DNA of 64,000 bases from Bacteroides sp. (lineage in GTDB: Bacteria > Bacteroidota > Bacteroidia > Bacteroidales > Marinifilaceae): NCBI GenBank assembly GCA_021771575.1, contig JAETOX010000003.1, positions 10,550 through 74,549 of the forward strand. Reading direction: 5' to 3'. Below the pieces are notes generated by a model. The model saw nothing but the letters and a program-made list of their open reading frames with translations. It ran no database searches and was not told the DNA's origin. Positions within the stretch are counted from its first letter, which is position 1; every line of letters begins with the position of its first letter. Below, piece by piece: positions 19,550 to 28,365 of the stretch. Made by a program: the position numbers and the translations under genes.

Positions 19550-20548
19550 ATGCCTTATTTCTCATTAATCATACCCGTTTATAACCGGCCTCAGGAGGTC
19601 GGGGAATTATTGGAAAGTCTGGCAGAACAGACAGAGCAAGATTTTGAAGTCATTATTGTCGAGGACGGTTCTTCCGTAAAGTGTGAAGAGGTAGTGAAAT
19701 CATTTGCTGCAACCCTCGATGTGAAGTATTTCTATAAACCCAATTCGGGAAGAAGTCAGACACGTAACTACGGTATGGAGCGGGCTACGGGAAAATATCT
19801 GGTTTTCTTCGATTCGGATTGCATTATTCCTCCCGCTTATTTTAGCCGGGTGAAAGCCTGCTTGAATGAAAAATACGTGGATTGTTACGGTGGGCCCGAT
19901 GCCGCCCATGCCTCCTTCTCCAATCTGCAAAAAGCAATCAATTATTCGATGACTTCTTTCTTTACTACCGGTGGAATCCGGGGAGGAAAGAGGGGATTGG
20001 AAAAATTCGTTCCCCGCACCTTTAATATGGGCTTTTCGAAAGAAGTATTCGAGACGGTAGGGGGATTCAAGGATATGTTTGGCGAAGATATTGATCTGAG
20101 TACCCGGATTGCAGATGCCGGTTTTACGACTGCACTTTTTCAGGAGACTTTTGTATACCATAAACGCCGGGTAAGCTTAAAATCTTTTTATCGGCAAGTC
20201 TATGTTTTCGGAATGGCGCGGGTGGATTTATACCGGCTTCATCCCCGCTCCCTGAAACTCGTGCATTGTTTTCCGGCAGCCTTTGTCGTTGGGGTAATAG
20301 CCATGATCCTCGTGTCTTTTTTCTGGATATGGGCCATTTTGCCTTTACTGGTTTATGTGGTAGCTATTTTCACCGGAGCGTTGGTGAAAACGAAGAGCTT
20401 ACCGGTTGCCTGCCTGGCGGTTGTGGCGGCTTTTGTACAACTATTCGGTTATGGTAATGGTTTTTTGAATGCTTTTATCCGAAAGATTATCCTGAAACGT
20501 CGTGTGAACAAGGAAGAGGAGTTGGAAAAACATTATAAGAAAAAGTAA
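19550..20548 (+). CDS. Glycosyltransferase family 2 with C-terminal TM segments
   Basis: FSLIIPVYNRP, VEDGS, FFDSDC, GEDIDLS, VYHKRR, hydrophobic C-terminus. Confidence 0.9.
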   Translation: MPYFSLIIPVYNRPQEVGELLESLAEQTEQDFEVIIVEDGSSVKCEEVVKSFAATLDVKYFYKPNSGRSQTRNYGMERATGKYLVFFDSDCIIPPAYFSRVKACLNEKYVDCYGGPDAAHASFSNLQKAINYSMTSFFTTGGIRGGKRGLEKFVPRTFNMGFSKEVFETVGGFKDMFGEDIDLSTRIADAGFTTALFQETFVYHKRRVSLKSFYRQVYVFGMARVDLYRLHPRSLKLVHCFPAAFVVGVIAMILVSFFWIWAILPLLVYVVAIFTGALVKTKSLPVACLAVVAAFVQLFGYGNGFLNAFIRKIILKRRVNKEEELEKHYKKK

Positions 20549-20557
20549 AAAATTCCC

Positions 20558-20618
20558 TTTCGTTGGCTTTACCCGCCGAGGCCGTGCAAACGGAAGCAAA
20601 GCGGGAAAAAGAACGAAA
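20558..20618. terminator. Structured spacer between convergent GT2 and uxs (likely bidirectional terminator)
   Basis: Nested pairings TTTCGTT/AACGAAA, CTTT/AAAG, CCCGC/GCGGG, with inner CCGT-GCAA-ACGG tetraloop hairpin. Confidence 0.45.
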
Positions 20619-20640
20619 TAGATATATAAGAAAAGCCGGA

Positions 20641-21576
20641 TTAGAGAATATTCCGGAAATATCGGATTGTCTCCTTCAATCCGTCTTCCAGCTTAATCGT
20701 AGGTTCCCAGCTAAGTTCCTTCCTGGCGAAGGAAATATCGGGTTTCCGTTGAGTGGGATCATCCGAAGGGAGGGGGTAGAATACGATTTTCGATTTCGAG
20801 TTGGTCAGACGAAGCACCATTTCGGCTAATTCCAGCATGGTAAATTCTTTGGGATTTCCCAGGTTGATCGGCCCTATAAAATCTTCACCGGTGGCCATCA
20901 TGCGTGTCATACCTTCGATCAGGTCGTCTATATACTGAAAACTCCGGGTTTGCCGTCCTGTGCCGTAAATTGTGATATCTTTGCCCTGGAGAGCCTGGAC
21001 GATAAAATTGGAAATCACCCGTCCGTCCTGGGGATGCATATTCGGTCCGTAAGTATTGAAAATCCGGATAATCTTGATCTTCACTTTATATTGGCGGTGA
21101 TAGTCCATAAAAATAGTTTCCGCGCAGCGTTTCCCCTCGTCATAACAGGAACGGAGACCGATTGGATTCACATGGCCCCAGTAACTTTCGGGTTGCGGGT
21201 GGACCTGCGGATCGCCATATACTTCGCTGGTCGAAGCCTGAAGCACTTTTGCTTTTACCCGGTTGGCTAGTCCCAATACATTGATGGCTCCCATAACGGA
21301 AGTATTGATGGTACGGATAGGGTCGAACTGATAGTGAATGGGAGAGGCCGGGCAGGCTAAATTATAAATCTCGTCGACTTCGGCATAATAAGGGTTCATG
21401 ATATCGTGCCGTATTACTTCGAAATAAGGATTCGTGATCAGGGGCAATATATTTTTTTTGCTGCCGGTGAAATAGTTGTCCAGACAAAGGACTTCATTCC
21501 CTTCTTCTAAAAGTTTTTTACAAAGATGAGAACCGATAAAGCCGGCTCCTCCTGTCACTAATATTCTTTTTTTCAT
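20641..21576 (-). CDS. UDP-glucuronate decarboxylase (UDP-xylose synthase) family SDR
   Basis: [58 protein letters not shown]. Confidence 0.93.
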   Translation of the reverse strand: MKKRILVTGGAGFIGSHLCKKLLEEGNEVLCLDNYFTGSKKNILPLITNPYFEVIRHDIMNPYYAEVDEIYNLACPASPIHYQFDPIRTINTSVMGAINVLGLANRVKAKVLQASTSEVYGDPQVHPQPESYWGHVNPIGLRSCYDEGKRCAETIFMDYHRQYKVKIKIIRIFNTYGPNMHPQDGRVISNFIVQALQGKDITIYGTGRQTRSFQYIDDLIEGMTRMMATGEDFIGPINLGNPKEFTMLELAEMVLRLTNSKSKIVFYPLPSDDPTQRKPDISFARKELSWEPTIKLEDGLKETIRYFRNIL

Positions 21577-21589
21577 CGCCCGGTTATTG

Positions 21590-21620
21590 AAAAACAGGAG
21601 GAGCCCGATACCCCTCCTGT
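21590..21620 (-). terminator. Intrinsic terminator after the ppiD-like gene
   Basis: On minus: ACAGGAGG-GGTATCGGGCT-CCTCCTGT followed by a T tract. Confidence 0.65.
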
Positions 21621-21659
21621 CTATTTATAAAGTTTGTATATAGGTATTTGCAAAGACTT

Positions 21660-23786
21660 TTAGTAAAACTTATACCTTTGGTCGATTACACCACCATTTT
21701 TCAGGATAGCTTGCAATGCCTGATAGTTGGTACGATACATATTGGTTTGTTCCAGTCCTTGTTTTGTCTGAGCTACCATATCGGGAGTCACTTCTTCGCT
21801 ACTCCGGTTGTTGACCATCACGATGTATACACCCTGGTTTCCGGCAATCGGTTCTGAAATCTGGCCTTGTTCCGTCAGCGTTACAGCAGCGATTACTTTC
21901 GGTTCGATTCCAGCTCCCGGAATTTGGAAAGAATTGAAACTTACATCATTGGCCTCTTTCACTTCCAGCCCGGCTTTTTGAGCGATGGAAAGTAAACTTT
22001 CGCTACCGCTTTTGGCTGCTTCCAGTTCTTTTTTCAATATCTCGGCTTTTTTCTTCTGAATCAGGATACGTTTAATGTTTGCTGCTACCTGATTGAGCGG
22101 TGCAATGCCTTCTTCGTTGATTTCTGTGAGAACGGCTACAGTAAATTTGTTGCCGTTTTCAAAAATCGTTGAACCGTCGGTTGTTGTTACAACTTCTTCC
22201 GGATCTTCCGACAGATAAATACGGCGCACCATTTCCCGGGCACTTTCCATTCCGGCGATCGTCTTGTCGTTTTTACCTACCGTTGCGATGCGTTTGGTCA
22301 AACCTGTTTCTTCTACTTTTTTATCGAATTCTTTCGCTGTGGTTACTCCTGTTGCAAAAGTACGGGCATCATTGTAAATCTGATTTATCGTTTTGCCAGA
22401 AGGATATACTTCTTTTTCTATCGTGGCTATCTGAACTTTTTTTACCGGTTTAGCCATATCGGTTACTTGAACAACATGAGCACCATATTGAGTCAATACC
22501 ACTTTGATGTCGTTTTTCTTAGAAAAGAAGACCGTATCGCTGAAAGGTTGAACCATTGTTCTCTGTGTAAACCATCCCAGATCACCGCCATTGATGGCTG
22601 AGTTCTGGTCTACCGAATTGGCTTTTGCCAATTGTTCGAAATCAGCTCCTTTTCTCAATAAATCGGCTAAACTGTCGGCTACGGCTTTGGCTGTCCTATA
22701 ATCCTTATTTTGCGGAGCGATCAGAATATGGCGGGCTCTGACCGAGTCTGGCAACATTCTTACTTCTGCGATCCGGGATACCTTATAAGCATTGTTTTCC
22801 AGATAAGGACCGAAAACGGTTGTCTCGTCGGCAAAAAGAGCGTTGGCCAGGCTATCGTTCGTGATTTCTTCTTTTTTATAATAATTCAGATCGGTATTTT
22901 TATTCGAAGCTGAATTGGCAAATTCAACAGCATTTTCGGCTTCTGTAAATTCCTGAATCAATTCCTGAACCGATTTTTCTGTTTCGGCATAATCTTCGCC
23001 TGAAGGATCGACATCGAAGTTGACATAGACAATCTTGCGGGATTCGTTTTGTTCGAAACTTTTCTGGTGTTTATTATAATAATCTTTGATTTCGGAATTA
23101 CTTACCTGAACGCTGGAATCGTCGATCGTGGTATAATTTTTGACAATATAGCTGATGTCTGATTTGGTTGCATTGTTTTCAACATTTTCCTGAGCCTGTA
23201 CATCGGTTACGAACAACCCTTTTGCCAGTAAAGCATTATATTTTGCCATTTTTCGGGATGTGGTCATCTCTTCTTCCATATTTAACCAATAGGCTTTTTG
23301 CACATTGTCGTCCGGGGCGTCGATCAGACTTTTGACAATCATACGGGCACGTTCTATGTCTACCTGACCGGTGGTCGGATCGGCGAAAAGCTGACGTGCT
23401 GCCGGACTCATATTTTCACCAAGCACCATATCATATAATTCATCTCCGCTTACATTGATCCCGGTTTCGGCATATTCCTCGTTCATCAATTTTTCCATCA
23501 CCATTTGCTGCCAGGTATTTTCCCTCAGCATCGTTTGCTGTTCTTCGTTCAAAGTGGTGACTCCGTTTATCATCTTCACGATATTCTCATTTTTAGCCAT
23601 ACGGCTTTGGAAATCAGTGATGGATATGCTTTCGCCTGCAATTTCTCCTATCTGGTTCCGTTGACTGTTGAATATTTTTGAGCCGGAATCCAAAGCGTCT
23701 CCTATGATAAATGCTACCAGTGCCAGACCGATCACAATACTAACAAGTAGTCCGCCACGATTTCTGATTGTTTGTAATGTTGCCAT
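21660..23786 (-). CDS. PpiD-like periplasmic chaperone (SurA N-terminal + parvulin PPIase)
   Basis: MATLQTIRNRGGLL plus N-terminal TM, VRARHILI, NGGDLGWF, TQYGAHVVQV. Confidence 0.9.
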   Translation of the reverse strand: MATLQTIRNRGGLLVSIVIGLALVAFIIGDALDSGSKIFNSQRNQIGEIAGESISITDFQSRMAKNENIVKMINGVTTLNEEQQTMLRENTWQQMVMEKLMNEEYAETGINVSGDELYDMVLGENMSPAARQLFADPTTGQVDIERARMIVKSLIDAPDDNVQKAYWLNMEEEMTTSRKMAKYNALLAKGLFVTDVQAQENVENNATKSDISYIVKNYTTIDDSSVQVSNSEIKDYYNKHQKSFEQNESRKIVYVNFDVDPSGEDYAETEKSVQELIQEFTEAENAVEFANSASNKNTDLNYYKKEEITNDSLANALFADETTVFGPYLENNAYKVSRIAEVRMLPDSVRARHILIAPQNKDYRTAKAVADSLADLLRKGADFEQLAKANSVDQNSAINGGDLGWFTQRTMVQPFSDTVFFSKKNDIKVVLTQYGAHVVQVTDMAKPVKKVQIATIEKEVYPSGKTINQIYNDARTFATGVTTAKEFDKKVEETGLTKRIATVGKNDKTIAGMESAREMVRRIYLSEDPEEVVTTTDGSTIFENGNKFTVAVLTEINEEGIAPLNQVAANIKRILIQKKKAEILKKELEAAKSGSESLLSIAQKAGLEVKEANDVSFNSFQIPGAGIEPKVIAAVTLTEQGQISEPIAGNQGVYIVMVNNRSSEEVTPDMVAQTKQGLEQTNMYRTNYQALQAILKNGGVIDQRYKFY

Positions 23787-23870
23787 TTATATTAAAAATT
23801 TAATGTTTTTAACGACTTCTATTATTTTTCGAGGTTACGAAGATAGATAAAAGTGTGGTGTTGTGCAAAT

Positions 23871-26213
23871 TTATTTTTTGTTTCCTTTTTTCTTCGTTGT
23901 CGATGTCTTTTTTGTTGTTGCCGTTTTGGTTGTCGTTTTCTTTTTCGTTCCTTCTTTTTCTATGATTTCCAAGCATTTTTCTTCCGTCAATTCTTCGGCT
24001 TTACATGTCTTGGGTATTTTATAATTCGCTTTATTGTAAGAAATATAAGGACCGAACCGACCGTTCAGGATCTGAATTCCGCTATCGAATACCCTGATCT
24101 GCTTATTCCGGTCGATTTCTCTTTTTTCTTCAATTCTTCGAATGGCCGTTTCGAGGGTGATGGTACCGGGATCGTCTTCGCCTTTTTTCAATGAAACGAA
24201 AGCATTATTGTGTTTGATATAAGGGCCGAAACGTCCGATTCCGATGCTGACTTCTTTATCCTCAAATTGGCCGAGTTTGCGGGGAAATTTGAAAAGGGCC
24301 AGGGCTTCTTCCAAAGTGATGGTTTCCATCAACTGGCCTTTCTGTAAACCGGCATAACGAACATTTTCGCCTTCTCCGATTTGAGCCATTGGGCCGAAAC
24401 GTCCGATTCTTACGCTGACCGTTTCTCCTGAAACAGGATCGTTGCCCAGCATACGTTGTCCGCTGTTGCGTTCGGAATTTTTTAGAGTAGACTCGACGGT
24501 CTCATGAAAAGGATTGTAAAATTCCCCGATCATTTTTTGCCATTGGATGCTCCCCTCGGCAATATGGTCAAGCGATTCTTCTGCTTCGGCCGTAAAATTA
24601 TAATCCATGATATTGGTGAAATGTTCCGACAAAAAGTCGGTAACTACCATCCCCATATCCGAGGGAAAAAGTTTCTTTTTCTCTGCTCCGAAGATTTTTT
24701 TACTGATTGTACTGTTGATTTCGTTTCCTTTCAGTTCGAATTGTTCGATATTCCGCGCTGTCCCTTCGCGGGATTCTTTGCTGATGTATCCCCGGTTCTG
24801 GATGGTTGTGATCGTCGGGGCATAAGTAGAGGGCCGTCCGATACCCAGGTTTTCCATTTTTTTTACCAGACTGGCTTCCGTGTATCGGGGAGGATGTAAG
24901 GTATATTGTTCCGTAGCCGTGATCGACCGGCGGTTTAAAAGATCGCCCTGGGCAAGTGCCGGGAGCAGACCGCTGTCTTCATCATCGGTTTCGTCGTCGT
25001 GCGACTCCATATATACTTTGAGAAATCCATCGAATTTGATCACCTCTCCTGTGGCCAGAAAAGAAGTGTTATGGTTCGATAATCCGATAACGACATTGGT
25101 CCGTTCGAGCTCTGCTTCGGCCATCTGAGAGGCTAGCGTCCTTTTGTAAATAAGTTCGTATAGCTGAATTTCGTTCCGGTCTCCGTCGATTGCCGGTTTG
25201 TTCATATAAGTGGGACGGATAGCCTCGTGTGCTTCCTGTGCTCCTTTTGTTTTGGTGGCGAAATTCCGGGGCTTGGAATATTTTGCTCCCAATGTTTCGC
25301 AAATAACTGCTTTGGCTGTCTGGATGGCCAGATCTGAAAGATTAACAGAGTCGGTACGCATATAAGTAATGTACCCATGTTCGTATAACTTCTGTGCTAC
25401 CGACATGGTTTGGGATACCGAAAAGCCTAGTTTCCGCGAAGCTTCTTGCTGTAAGGTCGAAGTGGTAAAAGGAGGAGCCGGTTTGCGGGTAGTCGGTTTG
25501 GTTTCCACGCTTCTCACCGTGAAAGTCGCTGCTTTGCAGGCTTCCAGATAGTCGAGTGTTTTCTCCTTCGTAGCGAAACGCTCTTGAACCTCGGCTTTTA
25601 CCTGAGCTTTATCCGCAGTTTCGAAAAGACCGCATACCCGGTAATATTGTTGTTCCTTGAAAGCGTTGATCTCCCGTTCCCGTTCCACGATCAGTTTGAC
25701 GGCTACCGATTGCACCCGTCCGGCAGAAAGGGAAGGTTTTACTTTTTTCCACAGGACAGGCGACACTTCGAAACCTACCAAACGGTCCAGTACCCGTCGG
25801 GCCTGTTGGGCATCAACCAGGTTTTTGTCGATGCTCCGGGGATGTTCGATGGCATAAAGAATTGCATCCTTCGTGATCTCATGGAAAACAATACGTTTTG
25901 TGTTTTCCGGTTTTAATTTCAGCACCTCGAATAAATGCCAGGCAATGGCTTCTCCTTCCCGGTCTTCATCGGAAGCGAGCCAAACAGTCTTTGCTTCTTT
26001 GGCCAAAGCCTTCAGCTCTTTGACGATGGCTTTTTTGTCCGTGGAAATTTCATATTGAGGTTGAAAATTGTGTTCAATATCTACCCCCAGATCTTTTTTT
26101 TCCAAATCCCGGATATGTCCGAAACTCGATTTTACCGTATATCCTTTTCCTAAAAATTTCTCGATCGTTTTGGCTTTTGCCGGGGACTCTACTATTACCA
26201 GGTTCTCAATCAT
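23871..26213 (-). CDS. topA: DNA topoisomerase I
   Basis: LVIVESPAKAKTI, ASDEDREGEAIAWH, SAGRVQS, ITYMRTDS (active Tyr), AQEAHEAIRPT, GIGRPSTYA. Confidence 0.98.
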   Translation of the reverse strand: MIENLVIVESPAKAKTIEKFLGKGYTVKSSFGHIRDLEKKDLGVDIEHNFQPQYEISTDKKAIVKELKALAKEAKTVWLASDEDREGEAIAWHLFEVLKLKPENTKRIVFHEITKDAILYAIEHPRSIDKNLVDAQQARRVLDRLVGFEVSPVLWKKVKPSLSAGRVQSVAVKLIVEREREINAFKEQQYYRVCGLFETADKAQVKAEVQERFATKEKTLDYLEACKAATFTVRSVETKPTTRKPAPPFTTSTLQQEASRKLGFSVSQTMSVAQKLYEHGYITYMRTDSVNLSDLAIQTAKAVICETLGAKYSKPRNFATKTKGAQEAHEAIRPTYMNKPAIDGDRNEIQLYELIYKRTLASQMAEAELERTNVVIGLSNHNTSFLATGEVIKFDGFLKVYMESHDDETDDEDSGLLPALAQGDLLNRRSITATEQYTLHPPRYTEASLVKKMENLGIGRPSTYAPTITTIQNRGYISKESREGTARNIEQFELKGNEINSTISKKIFGAEKKKLFPSDMGMVVTDFLSEHFTNIMDYNFTAEAEESLDHIAEGSIQWQKMIGEFYNPFHETVESTLKNSERNSGQRMLGNDPVSGETVSVRIGRFGPMAQIGEGENVRYAGLQKGQLMETITLEEALALFKFPRKLGQFEDKEVSIGIGRFGPYIKHNNAFVSLKKGEDDPGTITLETAIRRIEEKREIDRNKQIRVFDSGIQILNGRFGPYISYNKANYKIPKTCKAEELTEEKCLEIIEKEGTKKKTTTKTATTKKTSTTKKKGNKK

Positions 26214-26245
26214 ACTTCATTCAAAATGGCATATTCAAAGCATAC

Positions 26246-26395
26246 CAAAGTTAAAACTTTCAATCAGGCTGCAAACCTACGAAAAAAAGTAAAAACTAAA
26301 AAGCAAAACGGAAGGAGATTCATTTTCAGCAGATATCGGTAAAAATACAAAAAAATGTATCTCAGATTATTGTACCGGGAAATTTTATATTTTTG
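26246..26395. promoter_or_regulatory. Divergent -7 boxes for topA and ECF sigma 1
   Basis: TAACTTTG on minus (26246-26253) and TATTTTTG on plus (26388-26395). Confidence 0.55.
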
Positions 26396-26426
26396 TATCC
26401 ATCACATGATGTTTCATCTTTAACGC

Positions 26427-26984
26427 TTGGCCTTGTTAGCAGAAAAACAGATTATAGAAGGGATTTATGCTGGAAATACGGCTATATTTAAGGAGATATT
26501 CGATACCTATTATCTCCCTTTGCGTTCTTTTGCCTATCGTTATGTCGAAAATGAGGCTATCACTGATGATTTTGTGCAAGATGCTTTTCTGGTCTTTTGG
26601 GAACGACGGCTCGATTTTGCTCTTTTGTCGTCCATCAAAAGCTTCCTTTTTACTACAGTTAAAAATTCCTGCCTGAATTGGGTAAAACGGGAACAGGTAA
26701 AATTCCGGAATCAGGAACAATTGATTCATGCTTTGGAAACTGAAAACGAAGAGTCGGCCATACTGGAGGAAGAAGTGCATGCCCGTATCTATGAAGCTAT
26801 CAGAAACCTGTCACCTCAGGCACGCGATGTTGTTTTATATAGTATGGAAGGATTGTCGAACCCGGAAATTGCGGCTAAAATGAATCTTTCGCTCAATACG
26901 ATAAAAACCGTGAAGCTCCGGGCTTATCGTATTTTACGGGCTAAATTAGGCTCTTTGGCCTATTTTCTGTTTCTTTTTCTCTGA
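26427..26984 (+). CDS. ECF sigma-70 factor (Bacteroides expansion family)
   Basis: DDFVQDAFLVFWE, FLFTTVKNSCLN, LSPQARDV...GLSNPEIAAKMNLSLNTIKT. TTG start. Confidence 0.92.
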   Translation: MALLAEKQIIEGIYAGNTAIFKEIFDTYYLPLRSFAYRYVENEAITDDFVQDAFLVFWERRLDFALLSSIKSFLFTTVKNSCLNWVKREQVKFRNQEQLIHALETENEESAILEEEVHARIYEAIRNLSPQARDVVLYSMEGLSNPEIAAKMNLSLNTIKTVKLRAYRILRAKLGSLAYFLFLFL

Positions 26985-27058
26985 TTATCGGTTTCTTTCA
27001 GACTGTAAATAGACTTCTGGAGTATTTATATTGTCAAAAATTAAAAAAATTAACCTGC

Positions 27059-27068
27059 TTGTCACCCT
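27059..27068 (+). promoter_or_regulatory. TTGTCACCCT box upstream of fecR 1 (putative ECF promoter element)
   Basis: Identical 10-mer at 47337-47346, at nearly the same distance from the fecR 2 start. Confidence 0.5.
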
Positions 27069-27109
27069 GTTTGATACCCTTGTTGTTTTAATAACAAAAA
27101 TTTAAAAAA

Positions 27110-28264
27110 ATGGAATATTCAGACCAGGATCTGTGTGATTTGATATATAGATCCCGACTGGGCAAGTTGGACGCCAATGAACAGAAACAACTCGATGCCT
27201 GGTTGGAGTATCCGGAGAATCGGGAGCTTTACCACCGGATTTGGAACCGGGAGATTATTCTCGGGAAAATGATGCGGATGGAAGGCTATAATCGGACTGC
27301 GGCTTGGGAACAAGTCTGCCGGAAAATATCCGGAAAGAGAAAAATTTCCCGCAAGTGGTATGTTTATGCTGCTGCAGTAGTACTTCCGCTATTCATTTTC
27401 GGCGTACTCTTTCAGCGGTTTGAGGCCACGCAAAACCAAACGGTGGCGTTGCAGGGTGATTCTATACAGCCTGGAACCCGTAATGCCCGTATTTTTCTGG
27501 CCAGTGGAGAGGTAATGGAGTTAAAAAAAGATACGGTTTACCATACGGTTACGAAAGATGGGATGGAAATCCGGAATGTCGATGGTTTTGTCTCTTTTGA
27601 AAATAGACAAACTCCGGCTAATGAACACATCCGTTATAATCGGGTGGAAACGCCCCGGGGAGGGGAATATCAGGTCGTGTTGCCGGATGGTACGCAGGTG
27701 TGGCTGAATGCCGAATCGTCCTTGCGTTTTCCGGTTGCATTTTCCGGTAATGAGCGGAGGGTGTATATGACCGGTGAAGCGTTTTTTGATGTAACTCATC
27801 GTTCCGGCCAACCTTTTCTGGTAGAGTCGGCCGGGACTACCATCCGTGTGCTAGGGACAAAATTTAACGTCCGGGCTTATCAGGATTTACCGTTAACTAC
27901 AACCTTGCTGTCGGGGAAGGTGCAGTTGCAGGATCGGCAGCAGGAAGTGACGCTGATTCCCGGACAAGAAGCTGTGCTGTTGTCTGATGGAAGTGGGTTT
28001 CAGGTGAAGCCGGCCAACCTGGAAGTTACTATGGCGTGGTTGAACGGTGTCTTTGTATTCGATAACAAGCCTCTGGAATATATTATGCAGGAAGTGGGAA
28101 GATGGTATGATGTGAATGTTTTCTTTGTCAATAACCGTTTACAGGAAGAGCGTTTTTCGATCGAAATGCCCCGGCATGAAAGTTTTGCAGAAGTGCTGCG
28201 CTTAATCGAAAAAACCGGCGTTATCCATGTCGAGGTAAAAGAAAGAACGGTGTTTATCAGGTAG
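27110..28264 (+). CDS. FecR-family anti-sigma factor
   Basis: Single TM, TPRGGEYQVVLPDGTQVWLNAESSL, GEAFFDV, VLGTKFNV, AWLNGVFVFD. Confidence 0.94.
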   Translation: MEYSDQDLCDLIYRSRLGKLDANEQKQLDAWLEYPENRELYHRIWNREIILGKMMRMEGYNRTAAWEQVCRKISGKRKISRKWYVYAAAVVLPLFIFGVLFQRFEATQNQTVALQGDSIQPGTRNARIFLASGEVMELKKDTVYHTVTKDGMEIRNVDGFVSFENRQTPANEHIRYNRVETPRGGEYQVVLPDGTQVWLNAESSLRFPVAFSGNERRVYMTGEAFFDVTHRSGQPFLVESAGTTIRVLGTKFNVRAYQDLPLTTTLLSGKVQLQDRQQEVTLIPGQEAVLLSDGSGFQVKPANLEVTMAWLNGVFVFDNKPLEYIMQEVGRWYDVNVFFVNNRLQEERFSIEMPRHESFAEVLRLIEKTGVIHVEVKERTVFIR

Positions 28265-28288
28265 CAACCGACTAAATCAATATAAAAA

Positions 28289-28317
28289 GGAGGAAGATGC
28301 TGGGAACATCTACCTCC
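28289..28317 (+). promoter_or_regulatory. Hairpin in the fecR-susC leader
   Basis: GGAGG-A-AGATG-CTGGGAA-CATCT-A-CCTCC, preceded by an A tract. Confidence 0.45.
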
Positions 28318-28365
28318 GAAATTATTAACGTGCGTGGGCACAATGTGTAATTTAATAACAAATTT

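Noticed and set aside
23871-23950. Repeat at the topA 3' end
   Set aside because: An ordinary low-complexity Lys/Thr-rich tail (KKKTTTKTATTKK) of topoisomerase I.
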